Source of the DNA: Toensbergia leucococca
Lineage: Eukaryota
Assembly (NCBI GenBank): GCA_022813965.1
Contig: JALDZS010000017.1
Coordinates: 62,001-126,000 of the forward strand
DNA: 64,000 nucleotides
Reading direction: 5' to 3'
Positions 49,697-62,460 of the stretch are shown here, one piece after another. The translations under genes and the position numbers were made by a program. Position 1 is the first letter of the stretch, and the number at the start of each line of letters is the position of its first letter. The notes under the pieces are model-generated. The model had not been told where the DNA came from. It saw only the letters and a list, made by a program, of their open reading frames with translations, and searched no databases.

Positions 49697-51901
49697 TCAA
49701 AGCTCCACCTCTAGCACGCCGTGGCCTCCGCTCGAGGTGATGGGGCTGAAATCAGCCCATGCCAGGCCGTTTGTTTGGAGGGCTGCATTGTAGGCGTCTG
49801 TTCTGCGAGTTAGAGACTGGGGATGGCGAGACGGGTAGGGGTGAGGGCTCGGTCGGCCTGTTGTGCCGTCGAGATTGGTGATGGGTGAGATTCTGGGGTC
49901 GGTGGCGAGGATTTTTTTGCTGCGAGTTGGCTCTTTGGAGGATTGTTGTGGTTCGATTGGTGAGGGGTTGGTGCTGGTGGATTTGTATTGGAAGCTGGAC
50001 TTGGAGGTAGTGCTCAGGTTGCTGTTGGTCTGTGGGGCTGGGTCGGATATTGTGCGGTTGATGGGGGCCGGATTTGTGGGATTTTTGAGCCAGTCGTTGA
50101 ATGAAGCTATGATGTTTTGAATGCTTGCTCTGTTTGACTGTGTTACATCATGTTTTTCATCTGTTGGTGCAGGATCAGTGACACGGCGTCGTTTCGACGG
50201 CCGTTCTAATGTCTCATTGCACTCAGTAAGCTTGAGTAAGTGGGCCTGTGGCAATGGGTGTGATGGATCCACTAGCGTAGCATCCTGGTCTACGTCTGGA
50301 TTGCCCGTATGTTGAGATCCTGTGAATCTCTGTCTGGACCTGGCAGGGTCCTGCCGCGAGTCCTGTTGTTCTCTTTGCCTCTTAAGAGCTCGAGATCGTA
50401 ATTCCTTGCGTTGCTCCACAAGCAACGCCATCTCCCTGTCGTGAACAAAATTAGTGCCAGAGCAGAAACTTCCGAACAAAGCCTCGATGCTCGTCTCCTG
50501 GGTCCAATTCTCCTCATCAGTCGTGCATGGATAGACGTCTAGCGGCTTGAAGGCTTCGACCAAGTGGCATAGCTCCTCGTAGGATGAGTGGCGCGAATAA
50601 GGAAATTCTATATTTCGAGGAAGGCGCTGCTTCGAGCTATAGACCCGGTGGGCATAATTTGCTCGCCGTTGGGGCTTTTCCTTACAAGTAGTGGCTCGAG
50701 CCAATGCTGCTGCGAGCGTTTCAAAGGTGATTCTTTCATTGTCAATGTCTAGATCTAGAGCTTCGAGGGACACTGATTTGCTGTCTGAAGCAATTGCCTT
50801 GGAGATCAGATCAAGTGTTTTCGAGCGTGCTTCTGCATCAAAGATCTGCCTTGAACACAACTTCATGAGCTCAATTGCAGATTTGGCGTCATCTAGCTCA
50901 AGTTCAAGATCCTGAGTGAGGTCGCCGGCTCCACCCCCTGTACCTAGCTCCGGTAAAATGACTCCTTGATCTCGTGACAGAATCGGTGTGATCCAGACGA
51001 CATCCGGAGATTCTAATCCAGTACAGCTTGTGCCGCGCTCGCAACTATGCAGCTTGACTGCCTGATCACTTGTTAGACATCCTGATTGAGTTCGATTGCC
51101 ACACCTGTAACCGGACAAGGCGGGGCCCTCATGAGCAGGTACATCAGCATTGATAGCCAAAGCTAGTGAACTGTAGAGACCGAATTTGTACTTGTCCACA
51201 TGAACCTGTGATCGAAGGGCTGAAGCTAAGGCAATCCATACATCCTCGTAGCCAAAAGTCCATGCGTCCAAATGGAATACAGTGCTGTCTGGATATTCCG
51301 ACACTTTGGTTAGTAGCTCCTTTATCCCATCCGCCTTGGTTGGGAATACGAGGTGGCTGCTGGTGGCGAAAGTAGTGTCAAGATAGATCTTATCTAGGAG
51401 TCGGTTTCCTTGAGTATATGGTAAGACAACAGGGTTTCGAACTAGTGCATTGACCCACCAAGGTTCGGATCTTATATCTCCTGTATATAACACTGCCTTG
51501 GTCTCATCTTCAATGAGAAACATGACTGCTCCTGCGCAGTGGTTTGCATCCAGCAGTGTTACTCGAATTGATTTCTTCGGCCATAGCTCGATCTCGGTTG
51601 GGGTACTCAATGGTATGGTTTTGAGTAGATTTTTGAGGTTCTTATAATGTTGCTTCCTTGACTCGAGTATACCTTTCGCAAAGTTCATGCGGTGAGGATA
51701 CTTTTCTAAACGTAAGAGAAGTTCTTTAGTGGCAGCTGAGCAGTAAACAAAAGGTGCTTTCAAAGACTCTAGACCTCGTAGATGGTCGCTATGTACGTGG
51801 CTCAGGAAACATGCCGAGGGAGGTGTTCGACCAGCAATAGTCCGAAAGTAATCAATTCGAATCTCTGGGAATTCTTCCACGACACCTTTGAAAGTCGACA
51901 T
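49697..51901 (-). CDS. Artemis/SNM1 (DCLRE1C-like) beta-CASP DNA-repair nuclease, single exon
   Basis: MSTFKGVVEEFPEIRIDYFR, FLSHVHSDHL (HxHxDH), DANHCAGAVMF, YTGDIR, IYLDTTF, FGYEDVW, PYSRHSSYEEL. Confidence 0.92.
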   Translation of the reverse strand: MSTFKGVVEEFPEIRIDYFRTIAGRTPPSACFLSHVHSDHLRGLESLKAPFVYCSAATKELLLRLEKYPHRMNFAKGILESRKQHYKNLKNLLKTIPLSTPTEIELWPKKSIRVTLLDANHCAGAVMFLIEDETKAVLYTGDIRSEPWWVNALVRNPVVLPYTQGNRLLDKIYLDTTFATSSHLVFPTKADGIKELLTKVSEYPDSTVFHLDAWTFGYEDVWIALASALRSQVHVDKYKFGLYSSLALAINADVPAHEGPALSGYRCGNRTQSGCLTSDQAVKLHSCERGTSCTGLESPDVVWITPILSRDQGVILPELGTGGGAGDLTQDLELELDDAKSAIELMKLCSRQIFDAEARSKTLDLISKAIASDSKSVSLEALDLDIDNERITFETLAAALARATTCKEKPQRRANYAHRVYSSKQRLPRNIEFPYSRHSSYEELCHLVEAFKPLDVYPCTTDEENWTQETSIEALFGSFCSGTNFVHDREMALLVEQRKELRSRALKRQREQQDSRQDPARSRQRFTGSQHTGNPDVDQDATLVDPSHPLPQAHLLKLTECNETLERPSKRRRVTDPAPTDEKHDVTQSNRASIQNIIASFNDWLKNPTNPAPINRTISDPAPQTNSNLSTTSKSSFQYKSTSTNPSPIEPQQSSKEPTRSKKILATDPRISPITNLDGTTGRPSPHPYPSRHPQSLTRRTDAYNAALQTNGLAWADFSPITSSGGHGVLEVEL

Positions 51902-53717
51902 GGTCACGGAACTAGAAACCTGACAACAGACATGCTCTGCTAAAGATAGCAGCTCCTTATGAAGTAAGGTAGATATATAAATCTTCTTCCTTGAGCTGAG
52001 GGTATATAAGTGAGTGTTAGAAAACAAACGATAACACGGGTTGCATATAAAGTGAATACGAAGGTAGTAGTACACAGATTGAGGTGAAGTGCTGAGGCGT
52101 TTATAACAAGTATTGAGATTGACGGATTGTGTTCTTGATGGATTATATAGGTAGCAACAACTTTTGCTATTGATCTGTTGTTTGCCTCTCTTCTCTCGTC
52201 CCCCCTTGCTGTAGTGGACCGGCACTCGCCACCCTCAACCGATTTCAGATCTTTGAGCGGCGAGAGGGGCAAACACACTTGAGGACTGACCATACAACTT
52301 GGATCATATAAGGTATTTATACGAGTAGCTGTATTATCAAGGCAATTGATACATGGATGATGATGGACACCTCCTTTTGATAAACACCTCCCGGGCTATC
52401 CGTACCTACTCGTGTTCACCCCGGATGCAAGCCACTATCGAATGCGACTTCTACTAGCTTAATCACAGTGAGCCAAATAAAATTGGGATATGATTTGCAT
52501 CCGACAGTGGCTTGCATTCAGGGTGAATAGGAGTAATTAAATACGCTGGAATACCGTCATGATACAGTAGCTGAGATTTCCGTCATGAACATGTCCAAAA
52601 TCTGATGCACCAGTCAGGTATGAATTAGACAGAACAGTTGGCTTGAGACGTCGCCTTCAGTTGTCATGTGCACCTCATAGAGTCAGGAAGTCAGGCTGAG
52701 TTTGCTACTCTATGTCCAAGCTCATGTGCCGTGAGATGCAATCATACACAACCATATAAGCACTGTATCCGTATAGCACTCCGAGGAGTTGCTACATTGT
52801 CTTACTTTGCTTGCATCAAGGTATCCAAATCGCAAAGCCTATTGGTGTACCCCGCTCAACCATTTACCACGAGGCATCACTGACGCTTTGTATCCGACAG
52901 GAAAGCCTCGAGCGCTCATCCTGCCTGCCCCTTCGGTGCTTCATTAGACGGCCCTCGACAAAAACCTCCATCCCACATGGAGATCATCTCACAGCAGTGC
53001 GCCGATAGTCTGGACTGCCATTCTTGGAGATGGTTTTTGACCTGACGTTCTGGAAATGCACCTCGGGGCTGACCTGCGAAGATACAGGATGTTATAGTTG
53101 ATCTGGACGCCAATACTGATTAAAGATTTGATTGACGATGATGATAATTATCAACGACTGGCGAGCAACACGGACAATATGGGCGTTCATAAGGTCGGAA
53201 AACCACAGAAGTCGGATGTTAGTAGATGGTTTTCTAGACACCTTAGCAACGAGTAGACATCAATATCTTCCACGATGCCGAAGCAGCGCATGACTGCTAT
53301 GTTTGGGTAAGCATTCGCTCGTTCTGGGGGTTGTCACGCTTGTTATGGATGCGTGAAGCCCATATCTGACTGTCAGCAGGGTGTTTTGGACCAATCTTGC
53401 AACGACTTGGATGCATATGCTCCCAACAATTTGAACCAGATTGTAAATCGTTTGAATGATTTTCTATGAGCCACTGAAAAATACTTCCCCGCGGAATTAA
53501 TGAATTCTTTTACTCACGTGATCTGCCCCTGAAACGCATATTGGACCTGAGTGGACCTGAGTGGACATAGCGTCACCTAATTCAGTTCATGACTGAAGAC
53601 TAACTTAGGTGCTGATTGATCATGCTGAAGGGTCAAAGCATTCAGCGAATATGTCGCCTGATCTGCAGAAATACATGACACAATATCGCCTTATGTTGGT
53701 ATATGATATATTCGATT

Positions 53718-55110
53718 ATGGCATCCAACTCAACTCCCACTCCGATCAGCACACTACCCTCCGACATATCGAGCGCCGCCACTGGCAAACGCGATAATTA
53801 TGTATCCGCTCGAGGCCTGCTAAACCTACCATTCGACCTGGGCGCTCCGTCATTTCCCTCTTTGCCTCGTGAAGAGATGGAAGCCCGGCAACTTATTTTA
53901 GAGGCAACAGGTGAGCTTCATGCAATGATAGTGGGACCTTTGAGGGCTTTGTTCACCCCATGTGTAAGCTCGACGCTTATATCAATGTCCTGTAGGTAGG
54001 AATAGCAAGCTTTTATGCGATGGGGCTGACATCGCTGCTCTGGTAGTACAACTATCTCATCAACCTACAGATCATCCACCGATTTCAAATCACAAATCTT
54101 GTCGAAGAAAAGCTATTGATAATACAATGCTTGTTCATGCGGGCTTAATGATTTTGGAATTTGCGCCCTGCAATAAGAACAGCGATGACTTACCCGGTCT
54201 TCCGCAAGCCCCGGCCACGAGCCGTCTGGTATACCGCAGTGTTAGAGATTCTTACAATCACTTCAGGAACGGATAACTCAAATGCATTGATGACGGAGCA
54301 GAATTGGCAAGATGCTACTAACGTTCGTGAGCAAAGTAGAACCTCGACAGAAAGCTGCAGCTCTTGTTGTTGTGTCTGGCATGGCTAAGCACGATAGCAG
54401 GAATCAATTCAAGCTGGATTTCTGGTAGCATCTGACGCTTCAGAGTCCCTTAATTGTCTCGCAAGAGATTACACTCGGGCTGAGCGATTTGCTAAAGCCA
54501 TGATGAATCTGGACCAGGATCCCGACTTCGCAACCAAGGATGTATGCAAAAATCATCCCTGGGTTGAAGTAGGAACTGCTACTGTTGATGACGTTGGATG
54601 CTCTTAGTGCGTGTTCGTTATTGCCCTGGCACAGCGCTTTTCATATCTCAAGAAAGCCGTCCAGAATTGACCATATGTCGTTCAAGTCGCCTCGAAGCAG
54701 CAACCCGAGCCACTAAATCCGCCAGTCAGCTTCATGTGCCATGTCACATTCACAGAGCGACCCATCAAGGATGCGCACGTGTATTTGTTCAAAAGGGCTT
54801 AAGACGATTGGTCTGACGAGTATATAAGACAAGTCTTAAGGTATTTGATATCCGCTTTCAAGAAAGGCCCACGTCTAGCCCCTTGATGTGTAGGTCGTGC
54901 CGTAGCCAGGCGAGAACTCGTGTTGAAGGAAAGAGAGATTCATTGAATGCCCCAATCTCGCACTCTCTACAGTGCGGGAGAGGGAAACGGCTGATTGGGA
55001 GAGGTTATTCAATGAGGCTAATCCGGGATTTCGAGTCATCAGAATCAAGCGACCGTCAGCGACGAAGTTGGGCATCATAGAAACTGAATGGATGGGTACA
55101 GAGGATATAA
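53718..55110 (+). pseudogene. Degenerate secondary-metabolite O-methyltransferase
   Basis: Fragments in family order: ARQLILEATGEL, LQIIHRFQI, IRTAMTYPVF.PRP, TVDDVGC (from VVDVGG), FMCHVTFTERPIKDAHVYLF...*DDWSDEY, RERETADWERLF...LGIIETEW. Multiple stops and frameshifts, e.g. TAA at 54800-54802. Confidence 0.82.
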
Positions 55111-56510
55111 ATGATGTTCATCAAATCTCAGGATTTCGTCGTCTCACATCCTCGTCTATACTCGTGCTGGTAGAAGTGAACTATTCCATGTTAGAGATTT
55201 CATTCCCGAGTTCGCCCCATATTCGTTGGCATGAGGTAGTACAGCATGATCAGTAAAGAGAGATGTCTGATCGGTGGGCTCGTCTATTTGTGGCCAGTTA
55301 GAAGCATCCCTTTCGGGTCAATAGTATCTGTATGTCAATGGTGCCAGTCAATATCTTACGGGTATCGCCGGTTACCCCTGAGGATTATGGTTGATCCGTA
55401 CCGACCACCACAGAACGCAACCTTGTAGATCGCCGCATTTCCTTCTTTCTCCTTCTCAGCAACGCACCCTGAGACCCAGTATAACACCACGACAGCTCAC
55501 CATGTGAGACTTGCGGATTCAAAATTTAGCGAATCCGCTTCATGCCCGAGAGCCCTGCTACCGACATCCGTCAACAAATGAAAAGGCTCAGTTGGAGGCC
55601 TTTGCTGCCAGGCATGTCAGCAGCCTACGAGCCTGCCTCCCGCCGAGCTTTCAGCCAGCCCGTGAGCTCACCGCATGAACCGGCTGCTCAAGGAGCCGGC
55701 AGCTCAGATGAAGTGATGACTGCCCAGAGACCTCAAGTCGAGCTGAGGTGAACTTAAAAACAGCGCTATTCCTGAAAAAGGGCCATGATCCGCACCACCG
55801 GCTAATGAACTCCTATACAGTAAAGCTCGTTGCTGTGCGAGGTGTGAGGGCAGAAGCTCCGTGATGTTGTGTAACATGAATCACGTTATCTGCTGACTTC
55901 GTGATGGCCTGATTGGCTAAAATTGACCTTCGGATTCTCGTAGCTGGCCTGACCATCGACCCTTGACCTTTCACATTCGCCTCATCTATACTACCTGTAG
56001 AACCGGCATTGCTGGGTCGGGTCGGAAACCCAGGGAAAGGGAATAGGGATGCATGGATATGCGCCTCTAAGTATGCACCGCTTCCTTCATCTGCACCTTT
56101 CTCTGTTACCCCTTCTAAACTTGACTTCTATCAAGAATTGAATATTGATCCGGCCGTAGAAAGCCTCGGTTTCTGTCAAAATCATCCCGACCTGGTTTGG
56201 ATCTGCAATCTCATCACTGGTCAAGATCATCAATGCCTTGCTTGCATTGGTCCTTCTTGTTGGGCTTGCGTCGCTTATTAGCATTCAATTTTGATCCTGA
56301 ATATGCAAGAATACTGCTTACGCCACCCCAGAGCTGGCATTGCAGTCTATGCTATCATCTTCTATTGTATCTCCTTGATAATCAAAAAATCCTCTCCTGT
56401 GAGCTCACGTCCTACTAATCTGCAATTTCATCAACGACCTTTGTCCGTCGTTTTCACAACCTCTCATGTCAGACTCAAATTCAGCCTTTCGGCCTTTGCT
56501 TTTATCATCA

Positions 56511-57991
56511 ATGGAGTTGCCAAGAGTAGAGCCAGTCCGTACAAGTCTTCGAAGAGCATGGACTTCGCAAGAAGATGAGGTTCTGCAACATGAGGCTGAG
56601 CTGCAACGTGTGTGACCGTGAGACCATTGGAAGGAATCGTCAATAACATTGTGCATTCGCTCTTTTAGTGCAAAATGGAAGCCTCAGAGACTGGAAGCTG
56701 ATTGCAACCAAATTGCCTCGTCGAACAAACAAAGATTGCCGGAAACGATGGACCAAAATACGTGACAACGTCAATAAAGGGCCTTGGAACCAACGCGAAG
56801 ACGAGATGTTGGAGGAAGCAGTCCAGCAGCTCGGCCCTCAGTAAGCCATCTATCTGTACAGACCCCGTCAAATGCCGTGGTCTAACAACCCGAAAGATGG
56901 GTAAGCGTAGCGAAGCGCGTCGGTACACGCCATGCTGATCGTGAGTACATCCGCATCCCTCAATAACTTCGGTTGAACCTAACGCAGGAAAAGAATGTGC
57001 AAAACGATGGAGACATTTCCTCGACCCTGATCTGGATCATAGTCAGTGGGAACGGAAAGATGATGCTCGCCTGTGGGCAGCGGTCGAAACGCACGGTAGC
57101 AATTGGAGAAGGATTGTTGAAGAAGACTTTCCAGAAAGAAGTCCTACCAATGTGAAGAATCGGTGGGTGCTACGCTCTATCAACATGTCCCTCAATACTA
57201 ATAATTCCGAATTCAGTCACGCAGTGATCAAAACTTTATGGCGACGTGGCAACGGTTTTTCTAGAACACCATCTACCCCCGAAGTGAACGAGGTTGAGAC
57301 ACCCGGATATTTGCTGATGAACGAGGCGAGCAGTAGTAGCAAGGATTCTGTTTCTGCTAATTCCATTGCCTTTACCACGGACGCGGAATCGCCCTGGGAT
57401 TTCAAGAATATTGTCTTCTCTCCAGGCGCCCTGGACGTTGATTTCGGTTTTTTTCTACCTAACCCTCTAACCCCCAAAGGCCTCCGCTCACCAATACTCA
57501 GTACAGGAAGCCTAAAAGACGCGAATGCTTCGACTGGTATATTTCCCTCGGTCTCTCATTGCACAACGCCAGTCTTTAAGCCCGCTGTGCATATGGAACA
57601 TCCCAGCAACACGACTTCATGGTCAGCAGGGAGTCAGATGCCAGATTTTGCAGACTACGGCGTCGCGTCGTCTCTAGACCTTGAATATATCCCGCAAATA
57701 GAATTAGAGGTCTCGAATGATACCGGAAGTGAGTTGCGCCAAGGACTGCTTTGCGAGCCACAGATTGACGCTTTGGCGGACAAGTGGACAAGTTGCGCCG
57801 TGGAAGGCTTGAGTAGTAACACGGCAAGGGGCCAAACAGCTTCGCCTTCGAATGATTCAGCATTTGTCCCAGATGAGGCGAAGACAGTCTCATTATGCCT
57901 CGAGGACATGGAACCGGAGACAGCAAACATGGTCACATCAATCCTATTCAAGAGCAATATCGACTTGAAGATGAAGATGACTGTTCGGTGA
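56511..57991 (+). CDS. Three-repeat Myb DNA-binding transcription factor (multi-exon)
   Basis: Spliced [12 protein letters not shown]...[21 protein letters not shown]...[12 protein letters not shown]...[25 protein letters not shown]....WERKDDARL...GSNWRRI...RSPTNVKNR, then a Ser-rich C-terminus ending at 57991. Confidence 0.9.
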
Positions 57992-58779
57992 CGGATCGCC
58001 GTCCATTACGTTGCACCTCATTGGTGAATACCAGATGGCCATGCATTTCGACTTCTTCTTGAAGAGCGACCCCCTTCAGAACGCCTTTCGATTCATCCCA
58101 TAATCATCACAGTCTGGCAAATAAATGTGACTTCCATGGAAATCTTCGTGGTGCATGGACGTGGCCTTTTTCTCGTACCTTTCTTGATGAGTCATACAGG
58201 GCCGATGAGATTTCCACTTGGTCTATTTCCTGCATCCCACATACAGGATATTCATATCAGACATTGAATACCTACTATGCCATCTTTAACTGTCGCTGTC
58301 ATTGGCGCTAACATCTCCTCTAACAATGCTCTCCTCGTCATCAATCCTTCCACAGAAAAGCCAGACCAGCTGTTGCGTTGTATATCATTTCTTTCAGGGG
58401 CGACTTCAGTATTCTCATTCAAGCGCGAGATAAGGAGCAAATAACACAAAGATTGGCAGAGAAGATTTTATAAACGTGGGCTGGAGTTCTAATTAGCTAC
58501 ACGAGGTTCATGATTCAAGGACGTCTATCAGCGCATCTAATTCAATCACGAAGCATCGAGGACGGCATCTTTGTTACATTAATCCAGGGAGATCCAGAGA
58601 ATATCGCGTTCCACCTACATTATGTTTTCGTAACATCTTATATTACTCATATTTCGGCCATACCTCCCCGTTGGCCAAAGTCTTGGTTTCCTGGGCTTGT
58701 TTCCAGCATGGGAAATGCATCAGTCTCTGTCATTGCTAGCAATACTATGGATTTCAGGTCGTACGTATCACTACTTGAG

Positions 58780-60135
58780 AGGCATTATCCAAGTCTGGGT
58801 TCAGAACATCACATTCTACGAGAAGGTGTGACTGTATCGAGCCTTATTCATAGCGAAAACAGTGTTATTTCCCCACCATCTACAATAGAAAATGATGTTC
58901 AGCTGTCTCTGCGACGCAAGCATGATCTAATGAAGCTGGACGAGATTTTTATCAAGATCCAGAAACAGCCAGAATCCGAGAGACTCTTGCTGTCTCCTAC
59001 AGAAGCAGAATTTTATGATATAGCACGACATGGCTCCATTATTTGCTTCAATGTCACTGATATCGGAAGTCAAGCTTTCCCATCATAAATGACAGTATAC
59101 GGATTATACCACGCCTAGCTCCTGCCCTCGAAGATGCCGAGAGATTTACGTCCAGCACAGGACATGGCAATCAATCTCGTCGAGGTGCAAAACTTGCCTC
59201 CAAGGTGGAAAACGGAAGCGTACCGAAGACAATTATAGATGACTTGATACAGAAGACCCGTAGGCTATGGGACGTGGTTATCGAGTCTGTCATCGAATAA
59301 CTCGGGTTTCTTTGGAAGCAAGAGCCTCCCATTAGGCTACCATGCGTGTGGTGGATGGGTAGAGGATTGATGAATGTTCTTCCATTACATGCCGCTGGAG
59401 AGCACGACCAAGAATCAACAAACAGACTAACGAGCCATGTTGTATCGTCCCACGCGCCCACACTCAAAACCCTCCAACTCTCTCAAATCAAGATCTATAC
59501 CCTCCCCCCAACAGAGTACAATATAACCTTGGTTGCTGCAATGCATGAAACGCCGGGGGAAGAAGATACTTAAGGGCACATCAACATTTCCGCTTAATTC
59601 GACGTTCTCAATAGCCCATTAGCTGCGACGATCTTGAAATGCATAACTAGCTACCCAATAGCCCATTTCGCGTGTCATGCTTCACCACACAATGAACAGC
59701 CTTCCAAAAGCGCTCTATTGCTTGGAAAAGGTACAGTTGAGAAGCTCACTATGGATGGCCTCCGGCCCGTGAACCATCAACTTGCCCAGGTCGCCTACCT
59801 TTTGGCTTGTTCTATCGCGGAAACAAGGGCTCGCAGCTTAATTTACAAGGATATTCATCTGGCAAGCACATTCCAGCTCGTGGTCTTTCGACATGTGATC
59901 GGGATGCTCTAGAAAGCAGACGACGGAGCAGCAATTTTGGATGCTGCTCCGTATTATGGTCACCTGCTTGATATTGAGGATACTAAACCTTCCGTACGAC
60001 ATGCATTGCATCACGCGATTCTGGAGTTAAAAAGATGAATTGACCAGGAAAGATGAGTTGATCAGGAACGATGAATGTGCTACTTCTCTTGACGTCAAGC
60101 TTCAATTGTGGGCGCCTTCTATTCATCTAGGGCTA
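58780..60135 (+). pseudogene. Degenerate CHAT (caspase HetF associated with TPR) domain gene, C-terminal part
   Basis: IQKQPESERLL.SPT, ARHGSIICFN, VWWMGRGLMNVLPLHAAG, VVSSHAPTLKTL, AHFACH, VAYLLACS, IHLASTFQL..FRHVIGML*, WAPSIHLG. Several stops and frameshifts. Confidence 0.82.
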
Positions 60136-61539
60136 TGGGCAATCCAAATGAAGAAATTCAGTATTTCCTAATGCCTTCTTGACTTATCCCGTGGATCCGG
60201 CGAGCATAGGCTATTAATAAAGTGTGCTTATTGACTGGTGACAGGGCAATAAGTGGAGATCTAGTCTCCTAACAGTCATATTCTCATGACTCCTACTTTC
60301 ATTCAACAGTCTTCCTTTGAGTGGTCAAATTTGTATCGATCATTCAGACAGTCTTACAAGGACGTTGGTTTTGTCACGAGGTGCTTGAGTGTGCTGAGAG
60401 TGTGACAGTTTCAGTCTATAATTAAATTGAGGCCGCCTAGAAAGATACTTCAGTATAAGAATCTAACCAATAATCAAGTGCTGCTTGATATTACTCATCA
60501 TCAGACTCTTTAACTCTTGCATAGCTCAGTCTCTAGTAGGAGTGCGGAGTCGTGTTAGAACACATGAGGCTCCGATATTTCCCCTGTGATGTAGGATTCC
60601 AAGTCAGCGACTGCTGAGCAAAGTGACCATAATTCAAACAAAAAGAGAAATAGAAGTCAACACTTGGAAAGACTTGCAAACTGAATTTCTTTGTAATTGT
60701 AGTCAGATACAGGATATTTTGCCTATTAACAAAGTTACCAATTGAGACAGGGAAACCGCAAGATTCCCCCTCCCCCTTACTCAAAACACTGCCTACGCCA
60801 TATACATATTCTCTGCTATCGTTAAAGAACATGATGCCTGCAGCGCCCACGAGATGTAGTACAGAAGATAGGGCATGGCGGTGGTGAAGAAGAAGTTAGG
60901 TGAGTTCGTCGAGGTGAAATACTCGTAGGATTTTGTAGGATTATCTTTCCAACAAAACCCGTAAGCACATAGATAGAAAGTGTTTTCATTAGTAGCCCCA
61001 ATCATCAATGTTTTATTTCGAAAGATGAAGATTCTATTGGTGTTCACACGTGCATTCCAAGAAAGCCTAGAACTAGAATATTATAGTCGTAGTCAGCCAA
61101 CGTACGAGTACCTGGATTTAGCTTGTCTCAAACGTCACATGAAACCAACAATACCCCCCCACATCACTTCCCAAACCCAAAATCATCCCTTTCCCAACTA
61201 TTTGAAGGAGACGCCTCGGATTTTCTGTACGACGGCTGTATACGACGTCCCAGGCATCTTTACCGTGTCAGCCTTGCAGTGCTGCAACTTTGCTTCACAC
61301 ATTCGTTGATGGGTTGAGGAAAACTCTCGTTTCTGTCCTTACATCTCCCGATTGCCTCGAACTGTTCTTCAACACACAACTTCTGCAACACAGGGCCTAG
61401 TGCTATGGCCGTCACTTAGACAATCACCTGCAGGCCATACCAGTATCCCTTGATTTGCTGCCGAGGCATCCATCAATCAACCCGCTACAGCATTCAACCT
61501 AGAAGCCCCAAAGTTGCTTCCTTGTGACACGCAAGGAAC

Positions 61540-62460
61540 ATGCACAAACCACCCGTGCCCCCACTCGTTTACTCCCGTCTCTTCCCTTCCCCAAAAGCTG
61601 GTGACCCCACCACCTTACAAGCTCACATCACTCGCAACCTCGTCCCGGAGGTCCGGGCTGAAACAGTCTGCTTTTACGGTCCCATAGATTGCCTTGAAGC
61701 TCAGTATCCCGGTCTCGATTATGCAAAGCCAGCCCATCGTCTCCGTCTAGGTCGCTACCCGTGGCATCGAAGACTATTCCGCGTGTTTGACGACTTGAGA
61801 TTAACCGACCCGGAGATTCAGGCTTTGTGCCGATGGGAAGGGACTAGGTGGGCCAGGGAGAGATACGAGAACGACGAAGGGGTGAAGATCAGGGACACTA
61901 CCTTTGATGACGTCAAGCCTTGGGTGGCCCCAGCACCAACTGCTACAAAGGTCGAGCTACGTGGTGGAGAAGAGTGGGAAGTGGAGCTTGAGACGAACAT
62001 GGCCAGCGATGCAGCGTCAGAAGATGAAGATGAAGAAATGGAGGACTCAGAGGTGGAGAATCAGGACGAAGAAAGTGAAGACGAACTACAGCAAAGCGTT
62101 GGTGTGGAGCTCAACCAACGGCTTCTAGCTGCGACAGAGGCAAGAGCTCGAGGTGAAGAAGTTGTGCTTGATGCAGACTGGGAGCAGTGGCTTAAAGAAG
62201 CGGCCGAGAGAGGTGCTATCCCGGAGATACCTCGTCTCCATGGAGCAGATTCAAGCCAGAATCCAACCGAGAGACCAGAACCTTACGGCCAGATCATCCC
62301 AGAGATCTTCCGCTCTCACCAACAACCCGTGGCGTTGGATCCATCTAACCTCTCCGCACTTCAAGCTCGCGTTTCGCCACCGCCATTCCTCCCCCTCGCG
62401 ATTCACCGCTCGAGTCTCCCGAATACATCTTCCGCGCCACCTGCTGGTACAGCCATGTAG
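61540..62460 (+). CDS. Hypothetical protein with an acidic central tract (resembles conserved Pezizomycotina proteins)
   Basis: 306-aa ORF with ordered-looking motifs (EAQYPGLDY, PWHRRLFRVFDDLRLT, WEGT.WARERYE, WEQWLKEAAE). Function unknown. Confidence 0.75.
   Translation: MHKPPVPPLVYSRLFPSPKAGDPTTLQAHITRNLVPEVRAETVCFYGPIDCLEAQYPGLDYAKPAHRLRLGRYPWHRRLFRVFDDLRLTDPEIQALCRWEGTRWARERYENDEGVKIRDTTFDDVKPWVAPAPTATKVELRGGEEWEVELETNMASDAASEDEDEEMEDSEVENQDEESEDELQQSVGVELNQRLLAATEARARGEEVVLDADWEQWLKEAAERGAIPEIPRLHGADSSQNPTERPEPYGQIIPEIFRSHQQPVALDPSNLSALQARVSPPPFLPLAIHRSSLPNTSSAPPAGTAM

Noticed and set aside
51902..52225. N-terminal extension of the Artemis-like ORF in the ORF track (842 aa)
   Set aside because: Begins at a non-ATG codon and is not family-like; the conserved protein starts at MSTF (51901).
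52900..53460. Intron-like signals (GTAAGC...CTGAC...CAG) suggesting another gene relic
   Set aside because: No coherent reading frame or family motif could be recovered.
53542..53566. Short tandem repeat of TGGACCTGAG, about 2.5 copies
   Set aside because: Too short and isolated to carry meaning; ordinary slippage.
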